Below, in pieces: positions 32,042 to 41,097 of a stretch of 64,000 bases of DNA (within the stretch, counting starts at the first letter, position 1; each line of letters begins with the position of its first letter). This DNA comes from a bacterium (GTDB taxonomy: Bacteria; Sysuimicrobiota; Sysuimicrobiia; Sysuimicrobiales; Segetimicrobiaceae). Made by a program: the position numbers and the translations under genes. Under the pieces are notes generated by a model that searched no databases, had not been told where the DNA came from, and saw nothing but the letters and a program-made list of their open reading frames with translations. The stretch lies in the NCBI GenBank assembly GCA_035308905.1, contig DATGFS010000030.1:139966-203965 (forward strand), written 5' to 3'.

Positions 32042-32137
32042 GGCTCCTACCTCCGTCTCTTCATAGGGAGTCGATCTGTCCAGCGGTTCGTGGTGCGGTG
32101 GTACCGTTATCGAGTGAAACAAGGACAGGCCGCGGCA

Positions 32138-32383
32138 TCACAGCCGCTGCCGCGCCAAGTAATCGCGGCCACGGATGGTGATCAGGGCTCGTCCCGCTCC
32201 CTTGACGTGCCTGTTCCACGCCACCAGCGCGTAGTCCGCGCAATAGAGTAGATGGCGCTCCACCACATCTTTCGCCAAGTCGAGATTCTTCGCCAGCGTC
32301 GCACTATCGGTGCCGTGCGGCTCATCGCGGACCAAGGCCAACACGCGGTTCCGGTCATCGTCTATGGCCACGGTGATCCTCCT
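32138..32383 (-). CDS. Hypothetical small protein (possible winged-helix)
   Basis: The ORF in the track (32138..32449) contains an internal GTG with a strong AAGGAGG RBS. The shortened product is VAIDDDRNRVLALVRDEPHGTDSATLAKNLDLAKDVVERHLLYCADYALV... Confidence 0.3.
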   Translation of the reverse strand, partial: RRITVAIDDDRNRVLALVRDEPHGTDSATLAKNLDLAKDVVERHLLYCADYALVAWNRHVKGAGRALITIRGRDYLARQRL

Positions 32384-32642
32384 TGTCTCAGTTGGACAGC
32401 ACACCATAAGCCGGGGTCGGTCACAATCGCTGTGACCCCGGAGTTGCACGTGCGCCTAAGATTTCTTGCAGGGATCAACGGGAGCCCGAGGCACGGATGA
32501 TGGGCTCCCCGACTCAGCCTTGCCCCGAGTAGTGAGCCTCCGAGGCGCCAATCCTTGGGGACGGATTGTTCGGGAGCCACACGGAAGAGAGGAGAACACG
32601 CTAAGTATGCGCTTACTCGCGCATGAACGCAAGGACGATAAT

Positions 32643-32719
32643 TGGTGCGCCCGGAGGGACTCGAACCCCCGGCCCGCTGCTTCGAAGGCAGCCGCTCTCT
32701 CCGACTGAGCTACGGGCGC
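32643..32719 (-). tRNA. tRNA-Arg (anticodon TCG)
   Basis: Manual fold: acceptor stem GCGCCCG/CGGGCGC, D-arm GCTC-AGTCGGAGA-GAGC, anticodon loop CTTCGAA, T-arm GGGGG-TTCGAGT-CCCTC, with an encoded CCA. Confidence 0.85.
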
Positions 32720-32775
32720 GCGACGACGGCGTTCCGCCGCCTGGTCCCCGCAAGGGGACGACGATCGATCCAATG

Positions 32776-32865
32776 TGGTGCGGGCGGAGGGATTTGAACC
32801 CCCACGAGCCTCGCGGCCCACCAGGTCCTAAGCCTGGTGCGTCTGCCAGGTTCCGCCACGCCCGC
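32776..32865 (-). tRNA. tRNA-Leu (anticodon TAG), long variable arm
   Basis: The gene is 90 nt: acceptor GCGGGCG/CGCCCGC, anticodon stem-loop CCAGG-CTTAGGA-CCTGG, a long variable arm and T-loop TTCAAAT, with an encoded CCA. Confidence 0.85.
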
Positions 32866-32930
32866 GGTCCGACGCGTTCCGATTTTACGGCCGCTTGTCG
32901 GTCGCCGTCAAACACGCTAGAATGACGCGG

Positions 32931-33006
32931 GGGCCGTTAGCACAACTGGCAGTGCAGGGGACTCTTAATCCCAAGGTTGTAGGTTCGAGTCCTACACGGC
33001 CCACCA
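32931..33006 (+). tRNA. tRNA-Lys (anticodon CTT)
   Basis: The gene is 76 nt: acceptor GGGCCGT/ACGGCCC, U8, A14, G18G19, anticodon loop CTCTTAA, T-arm GTAGG-TTCGAGT-CCTAC, discriminator A and CCA. Confidence 0.8.
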
Positions 33007-33038
33007 TTTCTCCGATCAGCCGCCCGCGTGCTGCGTTC

Positions 33039-33293
33039 TCACAGGAACATTTCGTCCACGTAGCACCAGCGCCAGTTCTCACCCGGCTCGAACGATTGGA
33101 TGATCGGATGCCGGACGGCGTGGAAATGCTTGGTGGCGTGACGGTTCTTCGAGTCGTCGCAGCAACCGACGTGTCCGCACGTGAGGCACAGCCGGAGATG
33201 CACCCAGGTGTCGCCCATCTCGAGGCATTCCTTGCACCCTTTGCCCGACGGGGTCACGTTGTGTATTTGATTCTGATGCGTGCAGGTCGCCAT
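33039..33293 (-). CDS. UBP-type zinc-finger (zf-UBP) domain protein
   Basis: The 84-aa product shows the Cys/His spacing typical of zf-UBP: CKECLEMGDTWVHLRLCLTCGHVGCCDDSKNRHATKHFHAVRHP. Confidence 0.6.
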   Translation of the reverse strand: MATCTHQNQIHNVTPSGKGCKECLEMGDTWVHLRLCLTCGHVGCCDDSKNRHATKHFHAVRHPIIQSFEPGENWRWCYVDEMFL

Positions 33294-33347
33294 ACCGCCT
33301 CCGGGACGTCAGCCGTCGCTTCTTCGATAACCGCTACGCCGGCCGTC

Positions 33348-34247
33348 CTATCGAAATTCCAGGTTCTCGCGGTCCCAGTGTCCGAGCGTCGCGGCCACCT
33401 CGTATGTACTTTGCAGAAAGTCCAGCACGACGGCCCGCGGGTCTTCCGCGGATCGCACGTCATCGTACATCAGTATGAAATTGGAGAACTCTTTATTGTA
33501 GGACGCCGCGGCGGGGCGGATGCGGGCCTCCTTGAAGCCGGGCGGCTCGGGCGCCGCGTACGAATAAAACGCCGCACCGGTCACGCCGCCGCTCCCGGGC
33601 CAGAAGCCGCAGCTGCTCACTTCGTGCGAATATCCTTCGCGGGTCATGGAATCGGCGCCCGCAATGGGCGGCGCGCGGCGGCCCGAAAAGCGCGTCACGG
33701 CCAGATCGAAGCCGCCCCAGAAGAAATGGACCGGACTCGCCTTGCCGACGAACCGCCCCCGAAACTCCTTGAGGATGGTGTCGGCCCGCAGCAGGATGCG
33801 CCAGAATCGATGCGCGTACGCCGCATCGTACGCGGCGTGCCGGGTGTCCTCTTCAAAGCGAATCGGGTTCGGGTACTCCGATGGCTTCGTCCAGATCCTG
33901 ACATCGATCGCGAGCCCCTGGAGCGCCCGTATCACGTCGTGATAGAAATCGGCAACCGATCGAGGCCGCAGCGCGATCGTCTCGGTCCGTCCGTTGCTCG
34001 TCTGAAGCACCAGGACGTGATCGATGAAATCGAAGGTCGCGTCGAAGGTGCCGTCGCCGTATGGGATCGGCGTCGTGGTCAGGCCGCGCGACGTCAGGTA
34101 GAAGGGCACCTGCCACCAATGATTGACGTGCGGCGTGAGTTTGAGGCGGATCTTGCCGAGGATCTGCGTCCACATGTGCAGCGTATCGCGCGTCTCCTGC
34201 CATGCCTCGAGGGGCAGCGCGGGCCATGCCTCCGTCCCGTCCATCGA
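33348..34247 (-). CDS. Conserved hypothetical protein (DUF5996-like)
   Basis: The C-terminal ~300 aa of ORF 33348..35204, starting at MDGTEAWPALPLEAWQETRDTLHMWTQILGKIRL, reads ...NHWWQVPFYLTSRGLTT...FWGGFDLAVTRFSGR. The upstream part of the ORF is Arg-rich antisense to sdhC. Confidence 0.55.
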   Translation of the reverse strand, partial: SMDGTEAWPALPLEAWQETRDTLHMWTQILGKIRLKLTPHVNHWWQVPFYLTSRGLTTTPIPYGDGTFDATFDFIDHVLVLQTSNGRTETIALRPRSVADFYHDVIRALQGLAIDVRIWTKPSEYPNPIRFEEDTRHAAYDAAYAHRFWRILLRADTILKEFRGRFVGKASPVHFFWGGFDLAVTRFSGRRAPPIAGADSMTREGYSHEVSSCGFWPGSGGVTGAAFYSYAAPEPPGFKEARIRPAAASYNKEFSNFILMYDDVRSAEDPRAVVLDFLQSTYEVAATLGHWDRENLEFR

Positions 34248-34345
34248 GAGTCCTCCTAACCGGCCGAGTCGCACCCTGCCTTCCGTTACGCGGCCTTCTC
34301 TCCTGCCCTGTCTCGCGCTCTCCCTCGCTGAAACCGCCTGCGCGG

Positions 34346-35158
34346 CTACGGACGCCAGCCCAGCAGCACCGCGAGCGCCGGCAGCGACAGCGACACCGTG
34401 AGCACCACGACCGCCACGAACGACGGCGCTGCCGCGGCCTCGCCGCGGCGATCGAGGACCTCGAGCGTCATGAGGCGCAGTCCGTCCAGCGCGTGGTACA
34501 CGACGGCCGCGACCAGCCCGACCTCCATCGGGACGAGGTACGGCATCGCGTAGGCCGCGACCGTCCGGTCGTAGAGCGCCGGCGCGAACGGGAACAACGC
34601 GACGTCGAGCACGTGCAGCAAGAGGAAGCCGAGAATCCCGGCGCCGGCGGCGCGGTTGAGCGCGAACGCCCACTGCCCCGAATAGCTCCAGCGGCCGATC
34701 GGCTCGCGCCGGGTGATTCGCCAGATCAGGACCGCGACGGCCGCCGCCACGCCGGCGTAGGTCGCCGTGGCGACGGCGACGAGGCCGCCGACCAGCGCGG
34801 CCGGGATCCACGTCTGCGAGGACAGCGGTCCGGCGTCGCGGTGGACCGGGGAGCCGGCGAGGACGGCCGCGGTGCCGAGGGCAAGGAAGCCGGCCGCGGC
34901 GGCGCCGGCCGCCGCATCCAGGGCCGCCCGCGCGCCCGCGCGCCGGACGACGTCCCGCACCATGCCGTGGACGCCGGCGACGCCGTGCGTGAGCGCGAGC
35001 AGAAGCAGCGTCCAATCGAACACGCGCCAGGCGCCGGCCCCGTCCCGCGGGCCCCAGCGCGCGGCGACAAACGCGGAGGTCGTCGCGGACGGCGCCGAGG
35101 CGTAGTGCACGACAAATAGATGGATGAACACGAGCGCGACCATGAGCAGGCCGCTCAC
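34346..35158 (-). CDS. sdhC: Succinate dehydrogenase / fumarate reductase cytochrome b subunit (single large b-type anchor, Bacillus-like SdhC)
   Basis: The 270-aa polytopic membrane protein has conserved His residues in its TM helices. It lies immediately downstream of sdhA and sdhB. Confidence 0.75.
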   Translation of the reverse strand: MSGLLMVALVFIHLFVVHYASAPSATTSAFVAARWGPRDGAGAWRVFDWTLLLLALTHGVAGVHGMVRDVVRRAGARAALDAAAGAAAAGFLALGTAAVLAGSPVHRDAGPLSSQTWIPAALVGGLVAVATATYAGVAAAVAVLIWRITRREPIGRWSYSGQWAFALNRAAGAGILGFLLLHVLDVALFPFAPALYDRTVAAYAMPYLVPMEVGLVAAVVYHALDGLRLMTLEVLDRRGEAAAAPSFVAVVVLTVSLSLPALAVLLGWRP

Positions 35159-35190
35159 CCGGAGGTAGTACCACGCGAACGACTGCCGGA

Positions 35191-35234
35191 CCCCGTCTGC
35201 GCAAGGCCTCCGGCCGCCTTCGCGCCCTCCTGCC
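35191..35234. repeat. Copy of the dispersed GC-rich repeat in the sdhB-sdhC intergenic spacer
   Basis: The segment ccccgtctgcgcaaggcctccggccgccttcgcgccctcctgcc is about 90% identical to 14870-14913. Confidence 0.8.
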
Positions 35235-35243
35235 GGCCGCGGC

Positions 35244-35948
35244 CTATCGATGGACGGCGCCCTTTCGGAGCAACTGAATAGAGAGCAGCGGGTTCACGCC
35301 GACGGGACAGGCGGTGACGCAGTTGCCGACGCTGTGGCAGCCGAAGACGCCGCCGTCCGCGGCCACGCGCCGCAGCCGCTCGAGCCCGGCGCTGTCGCGG
35401 GTGTCGGCGGCGACCGCATAGGCGCGGTTGAGCGCCGCGGGGCCGAGAAACTCCGGGACGATGCCCACCACCGGACACGCGGAGTAGCACGCGCCGCAGG
35501 AAATGCAGTCGATCTGCCGGTTGATGACCCCGCGCACCGGATCGCCCGGGGGCACGACCGCGGGCTCGGGCGCCGCGCCGATGAGCGAGCCTGTCTCGCC
35601 GACGTAGAAAGGATCCACCGCCCGGTACTTCTCGAAAAACGGACCGAGATCCACCAGCAGGTCCTTCGTCACCGGAAGCGAGCGCAGCGGCTCGACGCTG
35701 ACCGGCCCCCTCAGCCTCTCGAGGCGGCGCTGGCAGGCGAGGCCCTCGCGGCCGTTGATCACCATCGCGCAGGATCCGCACATACCGGCCCGGCACGAGT
35801 ACCGGAACGCCAGCGTCGGGTCGAGGGACTCGAGAATCCAAAACAGCGCGTCGAGCACGCTCATCATGGGGCGCGCCTCGACCGCGTAGGCCTGCCAGCG
35901 CGGCCGGCGGTCCACGGCCGGGTCGTAGCGTCTGACGCGAACGATCAC
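35244..35948 (-). CDS. sdhB: Succinate dehydrogenase iron-sulfur subunit
   Basis: The product has a 2Fe-2S cluster motif (CRAGMCGSCAMVINGREGLACQ), a 4Fe-4S motif (CISCGACYSACP) and a 3Fe-4S motif (CHSVGNCVTACP). The proposed GTG start at 35948 overlaps the sdhA stop; the upstream part of the ORF in the track is junk. Confidence 0.9.
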   Translation of the reverse strand: MIVRVRRYDPAVDRRPRWQAYAVEARPMMSVLDALFWILESLDPTLAFRYSCRAGMCGSCAMVINGREGLACQRRLERLRGPVSVEPLRSLPVTKDLLVDLGPFFEKYRAVDPFYVGETGSLIGAAPEPAVVPPGDPVRGVINRQIDCISCGACYSACPVVGIVPEFLGPAALNRAYAVAADTRDSAGLERLRRVAADGGVFGCHSVGNCVTACPVGVNPLLSIQLLRKGAVHR

Positions 35949-37693
35949 GTGCGGGCGGCTCCCGGCCGGCCGGCTCCCTGCTCCCGCGGCGTCTGCACGT
36001 CGGCCGGCCTGAGGCGCGGCAGGCGCACGGGCTCCGTCCACGGCTCGCGTCCCGCCGCCTGATGGATGTTGACCAGCCAGTGCGCGTCGTCGCGCTCGGG
36101 GAAATCCCGCCGCGCGTGGGAGCCGCGGCTCTCGCGCCGGTACAGGGCCGCCGCGACAGTGAGCCGGGCCGCGGTGAGGAGGTTGCGGACGTCGAGGACC
36201 TGCTGCCATGCCAGGTTCGCGCGGACCCCGGCCGGAGCGCCAGCACGCGCCAGCCGGTCCTCGAGGCCGCCGATCGCATCGAGCGCGCGCCGGAGTCCGG
36301 GCTCATCGCGCACGAGCCCCGCGTCGAGCCACATCGTCCGCTGGAGCGCGTCGCGGATCGCGAAGGCGCTCTCGCCGGACCCGCGGCCGAGCGGCCCGGT
36401 CGCGGCGCGGTGCGCTTCCTCCGCCTCGCGCTCGTCCAGGGGCGCGTCGGCACCGGCGGCGCACAGATCCGCCGCGGTGAGCCCCGCGCGGGTCCCGAAG
36501 ACGCACGACTCCGCCACTCCGTTGCCGCCGAGGCGGTTGGCGCCGTGCACGCCGCCCGAATCTTCGCCGGCGACGAGCAGCCCCGACATCGCCGTCCGGC
36601 ACCCGGGGTCGATGCGCACCCCGCCCATGTGGAAATGCGCCGTTGGGGTCACTTCCACCGGCCGCCGCGCGAGATCGTAGCCGACTTCCGCGCAGCGCCG
36701 CGCCATCCCGGGAAAGGTCCGGAGGACGAACTCGGCGCCGAGATGGGACGCGTCGAGCAGCACGCCGCCCGCCGGCGTCCCGCGTCCGGCCATGATCTCG
36801 AGGTAGCTCGCGCGGGCCACGACGTCGCGCGTCGCGCGCTCCATCCGCTCGGGATCGTAGCGCGCCATGAACCGCTCGCCCTGCGCGTTGAGGAGGTGCG
36901 CGCCCGCGCCGCGCAGCCCCTCCTCGAGCACCATGCCCGACAGGCGCGACGCGCCGGCGAGCAGCCCTGTCGGGTGGAACTGCATCATCTCCATGTCGAT
37001 GAGGTCGCAGCCGGCCCGGTACGCCATCGCGTACCCGTCTCCGGTCTTCTCGAGCGACGGTGCCGAGAACGTGTACATCCTCGGACCGCCCCCGGTCGCG
37101 AGCACGACCACCCGCGCCTGCGCCAGGATGAACTCCCCGGTCGCGTGCCGGAGGAGCAGCGCCCCGGAGATTCCGCCTCCCGGACGGTCGTGGATCAGGT
37201 CGACCGCGCGGGTCTCGTCGAGGAGAGCAATGTCGCGCGCGAACAGCTGGTCGTGAAGGCGGCTCACGATCTCGATGCCGGTCAGGTCGCCGCGATGCAC
37301 CGTCCGGTCGAACGACTGGCCGGCGAACGCCTTCTGGTGGATGCGCCCGTCCTCGCGCCGGTCGAAGAAGACGCCGATCTTCGTCTCGAGCCGCCGGACG
37401 ATCTCCGGCGCCTCGGACACGAGCACCCAGGCCAGCTCCTGGTCGTTCAGGAACTGGCCCCCAAGGATCGTATCGCGGAAGTGCAGCTCGGGCGAGTCCC
37501 GTGGATCGAGGGCGGCGTTGAAGCCGCCCTGGACGAGGCGGGTGCAGCCGCTCTTTCCGATCGGGCCTTTGCTGGCGACGACGATGCGGAGGCTGGGAGC
37601 GGCATCGTAGGCGTGCAGCGCGGCCATGAGCCCGGCGCCGCCGCTGCCGAGAATCAGAATGTCACACCGCAGCGTCTCCCACGGCGCCGTCAC
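35945..37693 (-). CDS. sdhA: Succinate dehydrogenase flavoprotein subunit
   Basis: The product has an FAD-binding N-terminus (DILILGSGGAGLMAALHA), a covalent-FAD histidine region (FHPTGL) and the active-site HFHMGG motif. Confidence 0.9.
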   Translation of the reverse strand: MTAPWETLRCDILILGSGGAGLMAALHAYDAAPSLRIVVASKGPIGKSGCTRLVQGGFNAALDPRDSPELHFRDTILGGQFLNDQELAWVLVSEAPEIVRRLETKIGVFFDRREDGRIHQKAFAGQSFDRTVHRGDLTGIEIVSRLHDQLFARDIALLDETRAVDLIHDRPGGGISGALLLRHATGEFILAQARVVVLATGGGPRMYTFSAPSLEKTGDGYAMAYRAGCDLIDMEMMQFHPTGLLAGASRLSGMVLEEGLRGAGAHLLNAQGERFMARYDPERMERATRDVVARASYLEIMAGRGTPAGGVLLDASHLGAEFVLRTFPGMARRCAEVGYDLARRPVEVTPTAHFHMGGVRIDPGCRTAMSGLLVAGEDSGGVHGANRLGGNGVAESCVFGTRAGLTAADLCAAGADAPLDEREAEEAHRAATGPLGRGSGESAFAIRDALQRTMWLDAGLVRDEPGLRRALDAIGGLEDRLARAGAPAGVRANLAWQQVLDVRNLLTAARLTVAAALYRRESRGSHARRDFPERDDAHWLVNIHQAAGREPWTEPVRLPRLRPADVQTPREQGAGRPGAART

Positions 37694-38289
37694 GGAGCGA
37701 GTCCCAGCTTCGCGTAGATCTCGGCGAGGCGCGCCTGCGCGGTGCGGGCGACGTCGCGGTACAGGCTCGCGCCTTCCGAGTCCATCGCGACCGTCAGCGG
37801 CCCGAACGCCCGCACGCGGAACTCCCACAGGCACTCCGGCATCAGGTCTTCCCAGTAGACGTGCTCGATCGCCTCGACCTGCTCCGTCTCCACCGACGCG
37901 GCGCCGCCGACGATCGCGAAATACGCGCCGCCGAACTCGCGGAACGCGGCGCTGCTGTCGTCGCCCAGGCCGCCCTTCCCGATGATCGCGCGGACGCCGT
38001 AGTCGTGCAGGAGCCCCCGCGTGAAGCGGTCCATCCGCGTGCTCGTGGTGGTGCCGATCGTCATCGGCTCGTAACCGCTCGGCGCGGCCGCGGACCGGCG
38101 GACGTTGGGCGCGACGTGCAGCAGCACGCCGCCTCGGAGGTCGGCGGGCGGCGCCTGCCCGCGGTCGAAGATCCGGATCAGCGTCGCGTCACGGATCCCC
38201 CAGATGATCCCGTCGAGCGTCACGCTGTCGCCGGCGCGAAGGCGCCGGACGTCATCTTCAGAGAGCGGCGTCCGCAGCCGGTAGTCCAT
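37690..38289 (-). CDS. Fe-S-dependent (class I) fumarate hydratase, beta subunit
   Basis: The 199-aa product matches the FumB/TtdB family (GIIWGIRDATLIRIF...GKGGLGDD). Confidence 0.85.
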   Translation of the reverse strand: MDYRLRTPLSEDDVRRLRAGDSVTLDGIIWGIRDATLIRIFDRGQAPPADLRGGVLLHVAPNVRRSAAAPSGYEPMTIGTTTSTRMDRFTRGLLHDYGVRAIIGKGGLGDDSSAAFREFGGAYFAIVGGAASVETEQVEAIEHVYWEDLMPECLWEFRVRAFGPLTVAMDSEGASLYRDVARTAQARLAEIYAKLGLAP

Positions 38290-38304
38290 CGGCGGCTCGC
38301 GGGC

Positions 38305-39201
38305 TCAGTACCCGATATCGACGCGCCCGTCGGCGTAGACGCGGGCGCGCCGGCGTTCGCCGCGCCAGCACTGCATGTTCACGGCGACGGGGTTGAGCGT
38401 GATGTGCGTCCAGGCGGTCTCGATGTGCACGTCCAGCACGGTCGTGTCGCCGCCGAGCCCCATCGGGCCGATGCCCGTGCTGTTGAGGGCGTCCCGCAGC
38501 TCCACCTCCAGCGCGGCGGTCTTGGGGTCGGGATGCCGCTGCCCGACCGGACGCAGCGTCGCCTTCTTGGCCAGCGTCATGCAGAGGTCCGACGAGCCGC
38601 CGATCCCGACACCGACGATGGTCGGCGGGCACGGCCGCCCCCCGGCCGCCACGCAGGTCTCGAGGATGAACTTCTTGACCCCGGCCTCGCCGTCCGCGGG
38701 CAGCAGCATCTTGAGGAACGACATGCTCTCCGAGCCGGAGCCCTTCGGCATCATCACGATGTCGATGTGGTCGATCGCGCTCGAGAACTCGATGTGGAAG
38801 ACGGGGATCCCCTCGCCGCTGCTGGTCTGACGATTCTCGCGCGCGATCGGCGACACGATGCTCGACCGGAGGGGCGTCTCGCGCGTCGCCCGCTCCACGC
38901 CTCGCCGCAGCGCGTCCAGCATCGCCGCCCCGTCGACCGCGATGCCCCGGCCGATCGTGATCCAGAAAATGGGGATGCCGGTGTCCTGGCAGACGAGCGT
39001 CTGCTTGCGGTCGGACACCTCCATCGCGCGCAGCATCGTGTTCAGCATGCCGCGCGCACCCCGCTGCGTCTCCCGCTCGGCGGCCCGGCGCAGCGCGTCG
39101 CGCACGTCGGGAGGAATGTCGATCTGGGCCTCCACGTACAGCCGCCGCCCCAGGTCTTCGAAGAGCGCGTCCGCGTTCACGAGCGTCGCAGTCCCATCCA
39201 T
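38305..39201 (-). CDS. Fe-S-dependent (class I) fumarate hydratase, alpha subunit
   Basis: The 298-aa product matches the FumA/TtdA catalytic domain (CQDTGIPIFWI...GGRPCPP...). Confidence 0.85.
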   Translation of the reverse strand: MDGTATLVNADALFEDLGRRLYVEAQIDIPPDVRDALRRAAERETQRGARGMLNTMLRAMEVSDRKQTLVCQDTGIPIFWITIGRGIAVDGAAMLDALRRGVERATRETPLRSSIVSPIARENRQTSSGEGIPVFHIEFSSAIDHIDIVMMPKGSGSESMSFLKMLLPADGEAGVKKFILETCVAAGGRPCPPTIVGVGIGGSSDLCMTLAKKATLRPVGQRHPDPKTAALEVELRDALNSTGIGPMGLGGDTTVLDVHIETAWTHITLNPVAVNMQCWRGERRRARVYADGRVDIGY

Positions 39202-39394
39202 ACGATCACTCCGGCGTTACCCCAATGACGTCGGCCCGCACCTGACTGCGCGGGGTTCTGCTGCCGGAGAGCACGCTCCTCCTGCGGCGGGCACGGGATT
39301 CGCAGGCCCCCGCTCGGGCGTTGACATAGTTGACAGACAGATGGGCCGCGGAGAACCGCGTCCTCGCGGACCACGACGACCGGACGGTGCGTAC

Positions 39395-40312
39395 ATGCGG
39401 CTCGAAGGCATCCACCACATCACCGCGATCACGGCCGACGCGCGGCGAAACTTGGAATTCTACACCGGCGTGCTCGGGCTGCGGCTGGTCAAGAAATCGG
39501 TCAACCAGGACGACCCGACGGCGTACCACCTGTTCTACGGCGACGAGGACGGCAGCGCCGGCGCAGACCTCACGTTCTTCGAATACCCCGGCGTCGAACG
39601 CGGCCGGACCGGCGCCGGCATGGTGCACCGGATCGTCTGGCGCGTCGCCTCCGGGACGGCCCTGGCGTTCTGGGCCGGACGGCTGCGCCGCGCGGGCCTC
39701 GAGGTCGCCCGCGAGGGCGATCATCTGCGGTTCGACGATCCGGAGGGCCTGGGGTTCGAGCTGCGCGCGGTCGAGACGCAGGACGCGCCGCTGGTCGCCC
39801 GGCATCCGGAGATCCCCGCGGACGTCGCGCTGCGGGGGTTCGACGGCGTCCGCGCCTACAGCGTGGAGCCGGAGGGGAGCCGTACCTTCCTGGAAGCAAG
39901 TCTGGGGTTCGCCGCGGCCGGATCCGGAGGGTTTGACGTGCGGGGAGAGCGCCGCGGATCCTTCTACGCCTACGACCCGGCCCCGCGTCGAGGCAGCGGC
40001 GGCGCCGGCACGGTTCACCACGTCGCGTGGGCGTCGCGGTCCGAGGATCACGAAGCGTGGCGCGAGCGGGTATCGCGCGGCGGCGGCCACCCCACCCCGA
40101 TCATCGACCGTTTCTATTTCCGCTCGATCTACTTCCGGGAGCCGAGCGGCGTGCTCTTCGAGATCGCCACGATCGGTCCCGGGTTTGCGGTCGATGAGCC
40201 ATTGGAGCGTCTCGGCGAATCGCTGTCGCTCCCGCCGTCACTCGCGCAGCTCCGCGCCGAGCTGGAGCGCGTGCTCACGCCGCTCCCGAACCCGCGGCGT
40301 TCCGCCGGCTAA
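39395..40312 (+). CDS. VOC-family ring-cleaving dioxygenase / glyoxalase-like protein (MhqO/YfiE-like, two VOC modules)
   Basis: The 305-aa product begins MRLEGIHHITAITADARRNLEFYTGVLGLRLVKK and ends with ...HVAWASRSEDHEAWRERV...FYFRSIYFREPSGVLFEIAT. Confidence 0.8.
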   Translation: MRLEGIHHITAITADARRNLEFYTGVLGLRLVKKSVNQDDPTAYHLFYGDEDGSAGADLTFFEYPGVERGRTGAGMVHRIVWRVASGTALAFWAGRLRRAGLEVAREGDHLRFDDPEGLGFELRAVETQDAPLVARHPEIPADVALRGFDGVRAYSVEPEGSRTFLEASLGFAAAGSGGFDVRGERRGSFYAYDPAPRRGSGGAGTVHHVAWASRSEDHEAWRERVSRGGGHPTPIIDRFYFRSIYFREPSGVLFEIATIGPGFAVDEPLERLGESLSLPPSLAQLRAELERVLTPLPNPRRSAG

Positions 40313-40917
40313 TTGCCGCGCTGGAAGTACGCCTGCCCCGCCGCGAGGGATCCCACCACCGGGATGACGGTGGTAAGTTCAAGCACATCGAAGAGCCGGC
40401 GGACGTGCGGGCGCAGTCCCGCCACCGCCAGCCGCGCGGGATTGGCCTCACCGGCGCGCTTCAAGATGCCGAGCCCCGAGCCGTCGATGTATGTCACGTC
40501 CGCCAGATCGACGATGGCCCGCGCGCACCAGAGAAACGCCGTGGCGACAGCGTCGGCGAAACGCGGCGCGGTCGCGATATCGACTTCGCCCTCCACGTGG
40601 ACCACGGTGGCTTCCGAGAGCGTCTCCAGCCAGCAGTAAAGCGGCGCGCCGCCTGCCGCGCCGGCGATGCGGTGCCGCCTGACCATGCGCAGCGCGCCGC
40701 CGCGGACACGTACAAACGTATACAGCGGGAACGCGGGAGGCACGGCGTCATCAGTGTCACGGGGGCCGGACGGCCGCCGGCCCGCCGGTTCGATCGCGCG
40801 AAGAAGCCTGGCGTACGATGCCGCACATTCAATGCGCGCTTCCTGATACCGGTACGACAGCCTGGCAAAGCGTTGTTGGTTCCGGAGAACGTCGGCCAAC
40901 AGCTCCATGGTGGTCAT
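40309..40917 (-). CDS. STAS-domain protein (anti-sigma-factor-antagonist fold) with an ~90-aa N-terminal extension
   Basis: The C-terminus reads VVHVEGEVDIATAPRFADAV...IVDLADVTYIDGSGLGILKRA...VAGLRPHVRRLFDVLEL, matching the SpoIIAA/STAS fold. Confidence 0.55.
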   Translation of the reverse strand: MTTMELLADVLRNQQRFARLSYRYQEARIECAASYARLLRAIEPAGRRPSGPRDTDDAVPPAFPLYTFVRVRGGALRMVRRHRIAGAAGGAPLYCWLETLSEATVVHVEGEVDIATAPRFADAVATAFLWCARAIVDLADVTYIDGSGLGILKRAGEANPARLAVAGLRPHVRRLFDVLELTTVIPVVGSLAAGQAYFQRGN

Positions 40918-41097
40918 CGCGCCCCCCCCGTGCCGCCGTCCGGATCGGACGGCGGATCACGCAGCCTTCAGCCGCGCGGCCCTTCGGGAACTGCGTCGCT
41001 GCGAGGTTGGGTGCGATGGGTTCGATGCGCCGGTTCGCGGGGCGCCTCCGGGCTCCTGCCTGCCGACGCCGAACTTAGGCGCCAAGCACAGCGGGGA

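Noticed and set aside
32450-32640. Structured-looking region downstream of tRNA-Arg (GGCTCCCCGACTCAG...CGGGAGCC pairing, small hairpins), considered as an ncRNA (SRP RNA, tmRNA, 6S or RNase P)
   Set aside because: There is no match to conserved motifs of those RNAs (no tmRNA GGGGCUGAUUCUGGAUUCGACGGG start, no SRP domain IV). It more likely holds terminator or processing structures of the tRNA transcript.
35155-36453. 432-aa minus-strand ORF overlapping sdhB and sdhA in another frame
   Set aside because: It is Arg-rich junk. The alternative frames encode canonical SdhB and SdhA with all Fe-S and FAD motifs.
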